A stretch of 27,035 nt of DNA from a virus (taxonomy: Duplodnaviria > Heunggongvirae > Uroviricota > Caudoviricetes): positions 1 to 27,035 of the IMG/VR virus record IMGVR_UViG_3300042991_000632, one strand, 5' to 3'. The position numbers and the translations under genes were made by a program. Positions 1 to 8,766 of this stretch are shown piece after piece (the first letter of the stretch is position 1; every line of letters begins with the position of its first letter). The notes below the pieces were generated by a model. That model saw only the letters and a program-made list of their open reading frames with translations. It searched no databases and was not told the origin of the DNA.

Positions 1-350
1 TGTTTTTTTATCTTAACGGCAAAATTTGTTTCACCGGGGTCTCTGCCAATACCATTAGTATATAAGGGAGTTTGTTCAATTTTAATATCATATGACGTGC
101 TAACATTAAAAAACATTGATCCAACGTTTATTGGTAATCCATTTGGATATTGTGTGACAATATGAAAATCAATTCCATTACAAATCCTGCTTCCCAAAAC
201 CCGAAATGAATCATCTTGTATTAATTCAAGAGCAAGAGAAAGTTCTTCGTATAGTTCAATTTCCTCTTTAGACCCCTTACAGTTCTTTCTCGAATATTCA
301 ATAATACGCATTCTTTCTTCCTCAACTTCATCATCATCATCGTAAAACAT
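1..350 (-). CDS. Hypothetical protein, truncated at window start (>116 aa)
   Basis: Manual translation from ATG at 350: MFYDDDDEVEEERMRIIEYSRKNCKGSKEEIELYEELSLALELIQ...FAVKIKK, open to position 1; not in ORF track. Confidence 0.6.
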   Translation of the reverse strand, partial: MFYDDDDEVEEERMRIIEYSRKNCKGSKEEIELYEELSLALELIQDDSFRVLGSRICNGIDFHIVTQYPNGLPINVGSMFFNVSTSYDIKIEQTPLYTNGIGRDPGETNFAVKIKK

Positions 351-437
351 ACCCAAATTGATTGTTTACAAATATAATAATTACATGTGGAAAATCATAG
401 TATTTTATAAAATTTTAAACTTTTTTATAGTTTAAAG

Positions 438-445
438 TATTTATA
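438..445 (+). promoter_or_regulatory. TATTTATA motif (candidate late promoter)
   Basis: Same octamer lies a similar distance upstream of the ORFs at 466, 4277 and 5185. Confidence 0.45.
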
Positions 446-465
446 TATGTGTTATTCAGTTTCTT

Positions 466-750
466 ATGACAAAAATAACATTAAATAACATTAGAGAAGG
501 ATTAATCTTATTCTGTGCACAAATGACATCATTTGCTGTTATCAGCATTAATTATAGAGCAATTGCACAGGCAAATTATCTATGGTCAATACTGACTGAT
601 ATCATTGTTGCAAGTATATCATACTTTGTTGTTAGAAGAATTGCAAAATCAAAATGTAGCAGTGTTGCACAATGGATAGGATTTACAATTGGTAGTGCCG
701 TTGGAACAACAATCGGCATATGGGTTTCAAAGTTAATTCTCGGAGCATAA
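466..750 (+). CDS. Small integral membrane protein (about 3 hydrophobic segments)
   Basis: 94-aa ORF with hydrophobic stretches and a GxxxG-like GSAVGTTIG motif. Confidence 0.7.
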   Translation: MTKITLNNIREGLILFCAQMTSFAVISINYRAIAQANYLWSILTDIIVASISYFVVRRIAKSKCSSVAQWIGFTIGSAVGTTIGIWVSKLILGA

Positions 751-789
751 ATTATTTTTATTTCATTCGTCAAAAATATTGAATTACTC

Positions 790-822
790 TTGACATTTTA
801 ATTTATTGTGTCTACATTTACG
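790..822 (+). promoter_or_regulatory. Housekeeping-sigma-like promoter TTGACA-N17-TACATT(TACG)
   Basis: TTGACA 790-795, TACATT 813-818; identical spacing at 4507 and 23768; precedes the 852-4225 gene run. Confidence 0.5.
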
Positions 823-851
823 TGATTTTAATTTAATATTTTTATATCACA

Positions 852-1139
852 ATGACCACAAGAGAGATTTATTTCAAAGCGTACACAACCGCAACAATGC
901 CAATTGGAATATTATATTACACATACACAGATAAATATGGCGTAATCCATTTAGGCGAATCGGTATGGCTTCATTTCGATAAGGAATGCCATGAGGATAA
1001 TATAATGGAAATGGAAAAAATTGAAAAACGAAATGGTTTTATGTTTTGGAATATTTCCGATGAGGGTCAAAAGTTCGTTGAGGATCATTCAAAAGAACTT
1101 GGTGAACTTCTTAGTAATTTAATTATGAAACAATGGTAA
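852..1139 (+). CDS. Hypothetical protein
   Basis: 95-aa ORF, first of a tightly packed co-directional run. Confidence 0.7.
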   Translation: MTTREIYFKAYTTATMPIGILYYTYTDKYGVIHLGESVWLHFDKECHEDNIMEMEKIEKRNGFMFWNISDEGQKFVEDHSKELGELLSNLIMKQW

Positions 1140-1140
1140 T

Positions 1141-1347
1141 ATGGAAGCACTAAAATTTATCTTTTCGAGTTTTTGGGTATGGGTGGGATTTATGTTAATG
1201 ATAAATCTTATATTATATTTTATTGTTAATTTAATACATAAAATGTACTGCAAAAGAGTAAAACATAAAACATTAAGAATGATTGGTTATCCACCCGAAC
1301 ATTGCGATGCTGATGGTGATCCTATACAAGAAATTGAAGATGACTAA
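1141..1347 (+). CDS. Small membrane-anchored hypothetical protein
   Basis: 68 aa, N-terminal hydrophobic helix, basic then acidic tail; starts 1 nt after the previous stop. Confidence 0.65.
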   Translation: MEALKFIFSSFWVWVGFMLMINLILYFIVNLIHKMYCKRVKHKTLRMIGYPPEHCDADGDPIQEIEDD

Positions 1348-1570
1348 GATTCTTAGAATAAATGTTGCATGTGAATTTTATCCATGTCATCTGGGTCTGG
1401 AAGATTGTACATTTTGTTGGTGTCCATTTTATCCGTGTAAGGATGATGAAAAGGGCAAGTACGTTAGAACCAAAACCGGACAAAGAGTTTGGGATTGCAG
1501 TAGTTGTAATTGGATACATGAAAAAGAAATTGTTGATCGAATATTTGAAATAATAAGACAAAAATTTTAA
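1340..1570 (+). CDS. Cysteine-rich small domain protein (zf-like, PF04071/COG2158-like)
   Basis: CEFYPCH..DCTFCWCPFYPC..G..VWDCSSCNWIH pattern; ATG at 1340 overlapping the previous gene preferred over the track start at 1283. Confidence 0.75.
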   Translation: MTKILRINVACEFYPCHLGLEDCTFCWCPFYPCKDDEKGKYVRTKTGQRVWDCSSCNWIHEKEIVDRIFEIIRQKF

Positions 1571-1573
1571 AAA

Positions 1574-1999
1574 ATGGAAGATAAAAAACAAGGATTGGTG
1601 ATAATGGAAGCACCAGTTGAACTAAAAACAGTTCACGGCAAACACATACTTCAATTAACTGGCAGACATGAAACGTTAATGTGGGATATGGATTATATGA
1701 CTTCCAAGGAAGTTAAAACATTGGTAAGTTTTGTTGAGTCCGTATATAAATCTGGATTTGCCGATGGTAGTATTGCAGCAATGAACATTGATAAACCAAA
1801 ACTCAAAATGTTTGCTATAACACCTGATGAAACTGGATGCGACTCATATTTTGTTATGAGCGATACAAAAGAAAATGCAATCACAGCAGTGTTGAAACAT
1901 ATAGACACCGACAGAGGTTGTGATTATGCCAGAAGACCGGAAAAATACACAATAACCGAACACGAACTTAATGACTCTGTTTGGCACGAAAATGCATAA
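1574..1999 (+). CDS. Hypothetical protein
   Basis: 141-aa ORF in the operon-like run. Confidence 0.7.
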   Translation: MEDKKQGLVIMEAPVELKTVHGKHILQLTGRHETLMWDMDYMTSKEVKTLVSFVESVYKSGFADGSIAAMNIDKPKLKMFAITPDETGCDSYFVMSDTKENAITAVLKHIDTDRGCDYARRPEKYTITEHELNDSVWHENA

Positions 2000-2001
2000 T
2001 T

Positions 2002-2139
2002 ATGGAAGAAAAAGACTGTAAAAAACACGAGTTGGTCTTCATAAAAAATATTTACGAAGGTGATAAACCTAAAAGCGAATGGAAATGTTCTAAATGTGGA
2101 AAAGTGAAATACAAAAGATATTATCATAAAAAAAACTGA
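2002..2139 (+). CDS. Small zinc-ribbon-like protein (45 aa)
   Basis: MEEKDCKKHELVF...WKCSKCGKVKY; fills the gap between neighbours exactly; below the ORF-track cutoff. Confidence 0.6.
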   Translation: MEEKDCKKHELVFIKNIYEGDKPKSEWKCSKCGKVKYKRYYHKKN

Positions 2140-2421
2140 ATGAAAATAAAGGTTAAAAAATACGATTACGTTTGGCTTGAAGGCAAACTTCATCGAAGCG
2201 AAGTTGAACAATCTAACCTAAAGCGTTACTTTAATTCAGTTATTGTACTTCTCTTTAAATTAATTAATTATAAACACGTAACAGCAAAAGATTATGACGA
2301 CAAACCAATGATTAAAGAGATCACAGAAATCAGAGGTTTAAGAAGTTGTACATATATTGGTGGGGGTGGTCAGGTTGTTGTTTGTCAGTTTATGTGGAAA
2401 TTTGGTAAATATTATATATAA
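2140..2421 (+). CDS. Hypothetical protein
   Basis: 93-aa ORF abutting both neighbours. Confidence 0.65.
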   Translation: MKIKVKKYDYVWLEGKLHRSEVEQSNLKRYFNSVIVLLFKLINYKHVTAKDYDDKPMIKEITEIRGLRSCTYIGGGGQVVVCQFMWKFGKYYI

Positions 2422-2687
2422 TGAAATTATTTAAATGTACTGTTGAAACATATCCCAATAACTGCTATATTGAAACTTTGTTAATCGTGGCAGAAGATGA
2501 AAAAGATGCTGATGAACAGATTCAAGCCAAAAGACGCAAACGTGATGAAGGCAGTGGTCGAGTGGATGCAAAATATTATATTAAATATACACAACCATTG
2601 AGAGAAATAAAAATTGACTTAACAAAAAAAGGTATTTTAGAAGTTGGTTTTGGGCATGGCGATGATGGTCGTGAAGGTGATGATTAA
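2421..2687 (+). CDS. Hypothetical protein
   Basis: 88-aa ORF, start overlaps the previous stop. Confidence 0.7.
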   Translation: MKLFKCTVETYPNNCYIETLLIVAEDEKDADEQIQAKRRKRDEGSGRVDAKYYIKYTQPLREIKIDLTKKGILEVGFGHGDDGREGDD

Positions 2688-2707
2688 ATTATGAAATAAT
2701 ATATGAT

Positions 2708-2929
2708 ATGGCAACAAAAGCAATGACAACAGCCAAAGATTTGGCATGGGGAGCATATCTCACCGCATTTAAACAAATTGGTACAGTTACCGATGATGCA
2801 ATTCCTAACATCAGAGAACGTTTTGAGTCTTGGTGGAGTGAATATTATAGCAGAGAAGAACATAGGGATGGCTTTTATCATAAGCATAGTGTGTTTATTG
2901 ATTTAAAACGATTTATACAAGCAGAATAA
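2708..2929 (+). CDS. Hypothetical protein
   Basis: 73-aa ORF in run. Confidence 0.65.
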   Translation: MATKAMTTAKDLAWGAYLTAFKQIGTVTDDAIPNIRERFESWWSEYYSREEHRDGFYHKHSVFIDLKRFIQAE

Positions 2930-2931
2930 TT

Positions 2932-3096
2932 ATGATAACATTTGAAGAAGGAACAATCACAAAGGAACAACTTGTCGATATGACAAAAGGTTTTCTTGGA
3001 ATAAGATACCGTACTTATAATGATGGTAGTTTTGAAGCATATGCCAATGCTTGGACGATGATCGTTGACATTTTCAGATACATTAGAAAAAAAATA
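2932..3096 (+). CDS. Hypothetical protein (54 aa)
   Basis: MITFEEGTITKEQLVDMTKGFLGIRYRTY...IRKK; fills gap; below the track cutoff. Confidence 0.6.
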
Positions 3097-3106
3097 ACTA
3101 AATAAC

Positions 3107-3466
3107 ATGAAAAACATTATTAAAGGAATTTTAGAACAAGAACTATATATTAATGAAAATCACACCATTGCAGGTATTGACAATGCTGTGGAAAGACTTC
3201 GTATGTGGTTTAGTGGCGATGTGGGAATTGCTGCTTTAAATATGGTTCAATGTAAAACACAATCGGGAGAACCTTCTTCAATTTCATCTAACCCAATTGA
3301 GAATATTGAGGATAAAACTCTTCAAGCCAATAATATTTATGGTGTTAACATTGAAGAAAAGAAAACTGCTGACAACAATAATGTTGTGATTGATGAAACG
3401 ATTTGTCCAGACTGTAAAGGTCAGACATTTCTTATTAAACCAAGTGAACCAGAAAAAAACGAATAA
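3107..3466 (+). CDS. Hypothetical protein
   Basis: 119-aa ORF with a C-terminal CPDCKG motif. Confidence 0.65.
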   Translation: MKNIIKGILEQELYINENHTIAGIDNAVERLRMWFSGDVGIAALNMVQCKTQSGEPSSISSNPIENIEDKTLQANNIYGVNIEEKKTADNNNVVIDETICPDCKGQTFLIKPSEPEKNE

Positions 3467-3467
3467 T

Positions 3468-3876
3468 ATGAGTGACGTTACCCTTGATAAAAAAACTTAC
3501 AAAGAAGTTATCAAAGAAGATATTGAACTTGTGGAAAAGTATATACCCAAAGAGCATATACTTCGAACCCAACATACTTGCAGTGCTTAATTGGAGCATA
3601 GATAAACAATACCCACCCGAATATTGGGATAAGATACCTTGTCCTGATTGTAAAGGTGAGGGTTATTCATTTTTTGTTGACCAAGGTGAACCAGACCCCG
3701 GTAGTAAATGTGCAAGATGTAATGGAAAGGGTAGAATATTGCCTGAACCACTAAAAGGTGAAGGTATATGCAAATGCTGTGGTAAAAAAATGAAAAACAA
3801 AACAGAACCCGAATATATTTGCATGAATCCTTATTGCGATAATTATATTAAAATCGTAAAAAATGAAACTATCTAA
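3468..3876 (+). CDS. Zinc-finger protein with DnaJ-type CxxCxGxG repeats; apparent +1 frameshift near 3567-3573
   Basis: ATG 3468 frame (MSDVTLDKK...KEHILRT) stops at 3590; the +1 frame continues ILAVLNWSIDKQYP...CPDCKGEG...CARCNGKG...CKCCG. Confidence 0.55.
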
Positions 3877-4225
3877 ATTACAAACAATAAACGAAAGACA
3901 ATACGAAAGACTTCGTTTGGCTGGTATTGATGTTGGAAGAAAAACAACTGTACATGAAGTTCTGAAATTCATGCAAACTCAGGATGCTATTGAATTAATA
4001 AATAATAATGCAGCAATGTACTGCAGAATTTATGTAAGTGCATATTATGTTGCAGAAGTCGCTTGGTATGGTGAAATTGATGAAGGAACTTCGGGTTGGC
4101 TGAATTGGTATAGTATGGGTGTGCATAGTTGGGAAATTGCTGAAAGCCTTGCATTGGACTTCATGCTTGGTACATTAGAAATGCCAGAACTGCATAATAC
4201 AATAAAATACGATAAGTTAAAGTAA
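3863..4225 (+). CDS. Hypothetical protein
   Basis: 120-aa ORF overlapping the previous stop. Confidence 0.7.
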   Translation: MKLSKLQTINERQYERLRLAGIDVGRKTTVHEVLKFMQTQDAIELINNNAAMYCRIYVSAYYVAEVAWYGEIDEGTSGWLNWYSMGVHSWEIAESLALDFMLGTLEMPELHNTIKYDKLK

Positions 4226-4252
4226 ATTTTTCACTAAACTATCACTTAACGA

Positions 4253-4260
4253 TATTTATA
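4253..4260 (+). promoter_or_regulatory. TATTTATA motif (candidate late promoter)
   Basis: 16 nt upstream of ATG 4277. Confidence 0.45.
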
Positions 4261-4276
4261 TAGAAAAATTACTATT

Positions 4277-4441
4277 ATGATAGATTATGGTTTCAGTGAA
4301 TTTGAAGCCGATATGGATGATAGAACAAATTCATATCGTGGTCAACGTGAAAAAAGAAAACGTGCATTTTTTAAGGCACGCAAAAGAATAATAAAAAATT
4401 CTGAAAAAGAAAATAAAATCAATTCAAAAATAAAAAAGTGA
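4277..4441 (+). CDS. Small basic protein (54 aa)
   Basis: MIDYGFSEFEADMDDRTNSYRGQREKRKRAFFKARKRIIK...; acidic N-terminus, K/R-rich C-terminus; preceded by TATTTATA. Confidence 0.55.
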   Translation: MIDYGFSEFEADMDDRTNSYRGQREKRKRAFFKARKRIIKNSEKENKINSKIKK

Positions 4442-4506
4442 TATTTCGCACAAAGTATCGAATTTCAACACTTATTGCAAAAAATAACTTTTTTCAAAAA
4501 TTTTCA

Positions 4507-4537
4507 TTGACATTCTTTTTTATTTACCTTAGTTTTG
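4507..4537 (+). promoter_or_regulatory. Housekeeping-sigma-like promoter TTGACA-N17-TAGTTTTG
   Basis: TTGACA 4507-4512; TAGTTTTG 4530-4537 fits Bacteroidota TAnnTTTG; lies so close to ATG 4542 that the mRNA would be near-leaderless. Confidence 0.4.
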
Positions 4538-4541
4538 TCTT

Positions 4542-5144
4542 ATGGAAAAGAGACAAAAAATTGATCTATCGCTTATTGAACAAGCGAAGAAAGGAAATCA
4601 GGCAGCATATAATAGTTTATTTAAACACTATCATGGTTTCATTCGATATGCAATATCTAATCTTGTATATAATACTGCAGACGCTGAAGATTTAACAATG
4701 ATAGCGTTCCAAAAAGCATTCAGTAAACTTGACAAATATACACCAATTTATGAATTCAATACTTGGTTATCAGTTATTGCAAAAAATACTGCAATTGATT
4801 TTCTTATTGCAAAAAAAAGAAACATATTAGATTATGTTGAGGAAATTACCGACACACATTATCCAACAAAAAATAAAGTTACCCCGGAAGATGAAATTAT
4901 TAATAAAGAAATTGGAATATATCTCGAAAAAGGAATTAATAGATTAAATGATAAACATAAAAAAGTAATACAACTTAGATATATTGATGGCTTGAGTTGT
5001 GATGAACTTGCTGAAAAACTGAATATTCGTGGGAATACAGCACGTGGTCAGTTACTTCGAGCAAGAATGAAATTATTAGAAATAATGAAAATACCTTTAC
5101 CCGAAAAAACTGATGGTCAAAAAATAAGTTATTTTAAATCATAA
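4542..5144 (+). CDS. RNA polymerase sigma-70 factor, ECF subfamily
   Basis: Region 2 (DAEDLTMIAFQKAF...FNTWLSVIAKNTAIDFL) and region 4 HTH (KVIQLRYIDGLSCDELAEKLNIRGNTARGQLLRAR). Confidence 0.92.
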   Translation: MEKRQKIDLSLIEQAKKGNQAAYNSLFKHYHGFIRYAISNLVYNTADAEDLTMIAFQKAFSKLDKYTPIYEFNTWLSVIAKNTAIDFLIAKKRNILDYVEEITDTHYPTKNKVTPEDEIINKEIGIYLEKGINRLNDKHKKVIQLRYIDGLSCDELAEKLNIRGNTARGQLLRARMKLLEIMKIPLPEKTDGQKISYFKS

Positions 5145-5158
5145 CGATTGATATTGAG

Positions 5159-5166
5159 TATTTATA
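5159..5166 (+). promoter_or_regulatory. TATTTATA motif (candidate late promoter)
   Basis: 18 nt upstream of ATG 5185. Confidence 0.5.
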
Positions 5167-5184
5167 TAAAATATTCTCTTATCA

Positions 5185-8100
5185 ATGAGTGTTTTTCGAA
5201 TATTAGCCGAAGAAATAGAAAACTGGTACGCCAATCAACCTACGGTTTCATTAATCAATGAAGGTGATAAAAAATATTATTATCATGGTAGAAATACTGG
5301 CGCAAGACCATATTATGGTAAATATATATTCATAACTGATAGTTTTGGTTATGCATCTGGATATGGCGATGGTAAAATAGTGCATGTATATACATTACCA
5401 TTTGGTGATGATAGATTATTTTCAATCAAAAATCCCCATCATTTAAGTCATTTAAGAAAATATATTGATGATTATACTATAAGTGTAATATTTAAATCAA
5501 GCAATAATGATGAGGAAATAGATTGGGCAGCACTTTCATATATCGGTACTGACGAGTTTGAACAACCCGAAGATTTATTCGAACATATGGGTTATTATGG
5601 TATTAAATTAAAAGAACGTACTGGTATTAATTCAATTTATGTGTTTGATGAAAAATATTTAACTTATGAGGGTACTATCGATCTTACCACACCTGAAATG
5701 CAAAATAAGATCAGACAATTCTATCATAATTTCGAAAAAGATAAACATTTCATTGAAGAAGAAAATGAGGTCACTGGCAGCACTAAAACACCACAGGAAA
5801 TTGCAAATAGTTTAGTTACTGATCCACGTTTTAAAAAAGTAACTGTACTTGTAAATCTTGATGTGCAACTTGCTGATGAAGCATTTAAACGTGACACTGG
5901 TTTCTATATTGGCAAAGAAGATAAAGGTATTGGTATCCGTAAAGAAAAGGTCATGGAACTTATTAAAAGCGGTGAACTCAAATATGCACCAGAGGCAAGC
6001 ATTTATTTAACTAACGATGGTAAACCAAGATTATCTTTTGGTGACGGCAGACATAGATTTGCTGTACTCAGAGACTTGGGAGTTAAATCAATAAACATGT
6101 CAATCTGGAATGCGCCACAATCAAGGAAATTAATACCGTTACTACAAAGAAATGATCAAAATAATGAAAAGCAAAATCAGTGGGAATCATATACTGCTGA
6201 AGAAATTGCTAAACATATTTATAATTTATTAACCCCAGAACAACAAGAAGAAAATGACTGGAACTTCAATGATTATTATAATACTATCAAAGGATTTGGT
6301 GAAGCATATGAGTTAATCGACATAAATCCAAACGATTTAAAATTTAATGAGGATTTCTATTTTGATACCGTAGAAAACTATGAATATCTGATGAAACAAA
6401 ATTCGCCAATACCGGAAATTGTTATTGATGCGGATAATGGAATAATTGATGGTAATCATAGGGCAAAAGCAGCAATGAATCTTGGTAAAACAATTAAAGC
6501 ATATAGGGCAATTCAACAATATGCAAATGAAAGTAATGATATACCAAAAATTAACGAAACAACATATAAAGTTTATCACGGAACAAATGAAAAATTTGGT
6601 AATTTCAATTTTAATAAAGCAACACAAGGCATAATCTGGTTCACTGACAGTATTGATTCAATTCAAAAGGGTGAACATGGCGGTCAGGGAAATAAATATA
6701 TCATGACCAGATATATAACAATCAATAACCCTGCTGGTTGGAAAGAATATGAAAAATATGGATTGCAACAACTTCAGGATATGGGTTATGATGGTGTGAT
6801 ATTACCACAAGGCAATAAAACAGATTATTTTGTATTCTCAAATAAAAATATTTCAGCAAAACCATTAACTGAAGAAGAAGATTATCGTGGTCAGCATACT
6901 GCACCAACCTCTGAAGATTCACCTATGTATGACGTTACAAACGCATTTGGTGAAGATATTTATACGGACAAAGCATTAAGAATGTTTGGTTTGTACGGTT
7001 CTTATGATAGTTATAGCATTGCTTTGATCCAGAGAGCAAGAAATAAACCCAACATGCTCGTTAAAATATATCGTGCAATTCCAAAAGTTATAACTAATCA
7101 GGATAGATTTAATGACTACGAAAAACAAAAGTTATATATATTAAAGACTGGAAGATTACCAAAAGGTGCTGACAATTGGAGAAATAGCAGCGAATATTAT
7201 GATTGGCTTTCTAATGAAGTTGACAGACTAAGAGGATTGCCCCAAGAAACAGAAGAAAAGGTTAAGATTAATAACGGTGATTGGGTAACAATAAATCCTG
7301 CATATGCAAAAGTACATGGTCAAAGTAATCTTAATAATAAATTCAAAGTATTAAGTAAAACCGTTCCAGCAAAAAATTTGTTTACTGATGGCAATAGCAT
7401 ACACGAATGGGGTTATGTTGGAAATGATTTAAACGAAAGAAAGAAAAAAAGACAAATTGGTATGGCATTGCCACTTGGTCAAATATTTACTGGTGGTATG
7501 CTTGAGGAACAAACAGAACCAATAGAAAGAGGTACTTCTGGTGACTGTTATAAAAACGTTCAGGATTATCTTCTTGATAACGACATACCATATGCAACAA
7601 TAGTACACGGAGTTGTGACAAGCAGAAACGGAACTCTAAATCATGCTTGGATCGAAACAGATGAAGATGTATATGACCCGACAACCGGAGTTAAAACAGA
7701 TAAGGAAAAGTATTACGCAAAACTTAATCCACAGGTTCATGCAAGATATACATTCACAGATGCATTAAAACAAAGATTCATAACAGGTAATTATGGTCCG
7801 TGGACTGAATCAACAAACGAAGGCGTTGCAGACAAATACGCAGAAAAAGCATTTAATATTCCCGATACCGGGGAAGAAGATTATTATAAAGCAACTGCAG
7901 CACTTCCACCAGACCCATCAATGGGTGAATATGTCTGTGATGTTTATGATGATGAAGATCATCCATTGGTAGAAAAAAGAAAGTTGTTATCCAGAATATT
8001 TAAAAATCCAAAAAACCTAACAAAATTCGGTAAAAACGTAAGAGCAGTATCTGACATAAACGGTAATTTTTATATCGCAGAAACAGACGCACCGTTCTTT

Positions 8101-8763
8101 CATCAGGAACTTCAGGATGCTCTCTGGAATAAGGGTATTCATGATTCATTTATGCAATGGTACAGAATGGGATTATCAAACCTTTTCACATTAAGCGGAT
8201 CATATATGGGGTTATCATCCAATACTGAAGAAACATATCTCAAAAACGTTAAGACAAAAAATCCTCAATTCAGATTTCTGACACGCCAGAATACCGAAGT
8301 CGCTAATGAAGGCGTTGCCGATGATGCAAGAGAAAGAATGTTTAACATTCCAAACCCTGAAGCAGAAATGGATTATAAAGCAACAAGAAATATTGAACCA
8401 ACATCAGATATGGGTGAATATGTCGGTGATATTATTATTGGTGATGAGTTTCAATCCAGAGTATTCAAAAATCCTAAAAATCTCGATAAATTCGGAAATC
8501 GTCATGGCGGATCAGTTAAAGCAATCAGTCTTCCAAATGGTGATATATATATTGCAGAAAAAGATGCGTTCTTCTTTCATAACGATATATTAAGAAGTTT
8601 AAATTTACCACGCAGTCCGTATATCGCATGGTATGCAAGTAATTATAATGACGGATTCTCAATGGCTATGAGCAGTTTCGATAAAAAGTCAATGGATCGT
8701 ATAACTAAAATGCGAGATGTTGTTCAATATAGATTTCCTCAATATAAGTTTAATATTGATTAA
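5185..8763 (+). CDS. Large multidomain polyvalent-type protein (ART-like, ParB/Srx-like x2, ART-PolyVal-like, papain/transglutaminase-like, C-terminal tandem repeat)
   Basis: YYHG..YIFIT..YA.GYG; SFGDGRHRF; IIDGNHRAKAA; VYHGT..WFT..YDGVI..YFVF; DYRGQHTAP..IYRAIP..GDWVT..EWGY; GDCY..HAWIE..YDPT; two NEGVAD-initiated repeats. Confidence 0.75.
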   Translation: MSVFRILAEEIENWYANQPTVSLINEGDKKYYYHGRNTGARPYYGKYIFITDSFGYASGYGDGKIVHVYTLPFGDDRLFSIKNPHHLSHLRKYIDDYTISVIFKSSNNDEEIDWAALSYIGTDEFEQPEDLFEHMGYYGIKLKERTGINSIYVFDEKYLTYEGTIDLTTPEMQNKIRQFYHNFEKDKHFIEEENEVTGSTKTPQEIANSLVTDPRFKKVTVLVNLDVQLADEAFKRDTGFYIGKEDKGIGIRKEKVMELIKSGELKYAPEASIYLTNDGKPRLSFGDGRHRFAVLRDLGVKSINMSIWNAPQSRKLIPLLQRNDQNNEKQNQWESYTAEEIAKHIYNLLTPEQQEENDWNFNDYYNTIKGFGEAYELIDINPNDLKFNEDFYFDTVENYEYLMKQNSPIPEIVIDADNGIIDGNHRAKAAMNLGKTIKAYRAIQQYANESNDIPKINETTYKVYHGTNEKFGNFNFNKATQGIIWFTDSIDSIQKGEHGGQGNKYIMTRYITINNPAGWKEYEKYGLQQLQDMGYDGVILPQGNKTDYFVFSNKNISAKPLTEEEDYRGQHTAPTSEDSPMYDVTNAFGEDIYTDKALRMFGLYGSYDSYSIALIQRARNKPNMLVKIYRAIPKVITNQDRFNDYEKQKLYILKTGRLPKGADNWRNSSEYYDWLSNEVDRLRGLPQETEEKVKINNGDWVTINPAYAKVHGQSNLNNKFKVLSKTVPAKNLFTDGNSIHEWGYVGNDLNERKKKRQIGMALPLGQIFTGGMLEEQTEPIERGTSGDCYKNVQDYLLDNDIPYATIVHGVVTSRNGTLNHAWIETDEDVYDPTTGVKTDKEKYYAKLNPQVHARYTFTDALKQRFITGNYGPWTESTNEGVADKYAEKAFNIPDTGEEDYYKATAALPPDPSMGEYVCDVYDDEDHPLVEKRKLLSRIFKNPKNLTKFGKNVRAVSDINGNFYIAETDAPFFHQELQDALWNKGIHDSFMQWYRMGLSNLFTLSGSYMGLSSNTEETYLKNVKTKNPQFRFLTRQNTEVANEGVADDARERMFNIPNPEAEMDYKATRNIEPTSDMGEYVGDIIIGDEFQSRVFKNPKNLDKFGNRHGGSVKAISLPNGDIYIAEKDAFFFHNDILRSLNLPRSPYIAWYASNYNDGFSMAMSSFDKKSMDRITKMRDVVQYRFPQYKFNID
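7816..8760 (+). repeat. Two diverged tandem ~150-165-aa protein repeats
   Basis: Units start at 7816 and 8305 and share NEGVAD..FNIP..YKAT..MGEYV..FKNPKNL.KFG..NG..YIAE.DA.FFH. Confidence 0.85.
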
Positions 8764-8766
8764 GTT

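Noticed and set aside
316-345. TCA/TTC triplet run as a DNA repeat
   Set aside because: It encodes the acidic DDDDEVEEE stretch of the minus-strand ORF
3401-3665. Similar CPDCKG-coding stretches in adjacent genes as a duplication
   Set aside because: Only ~20 nt of similarity, explained by a common zinc-knuckle motif
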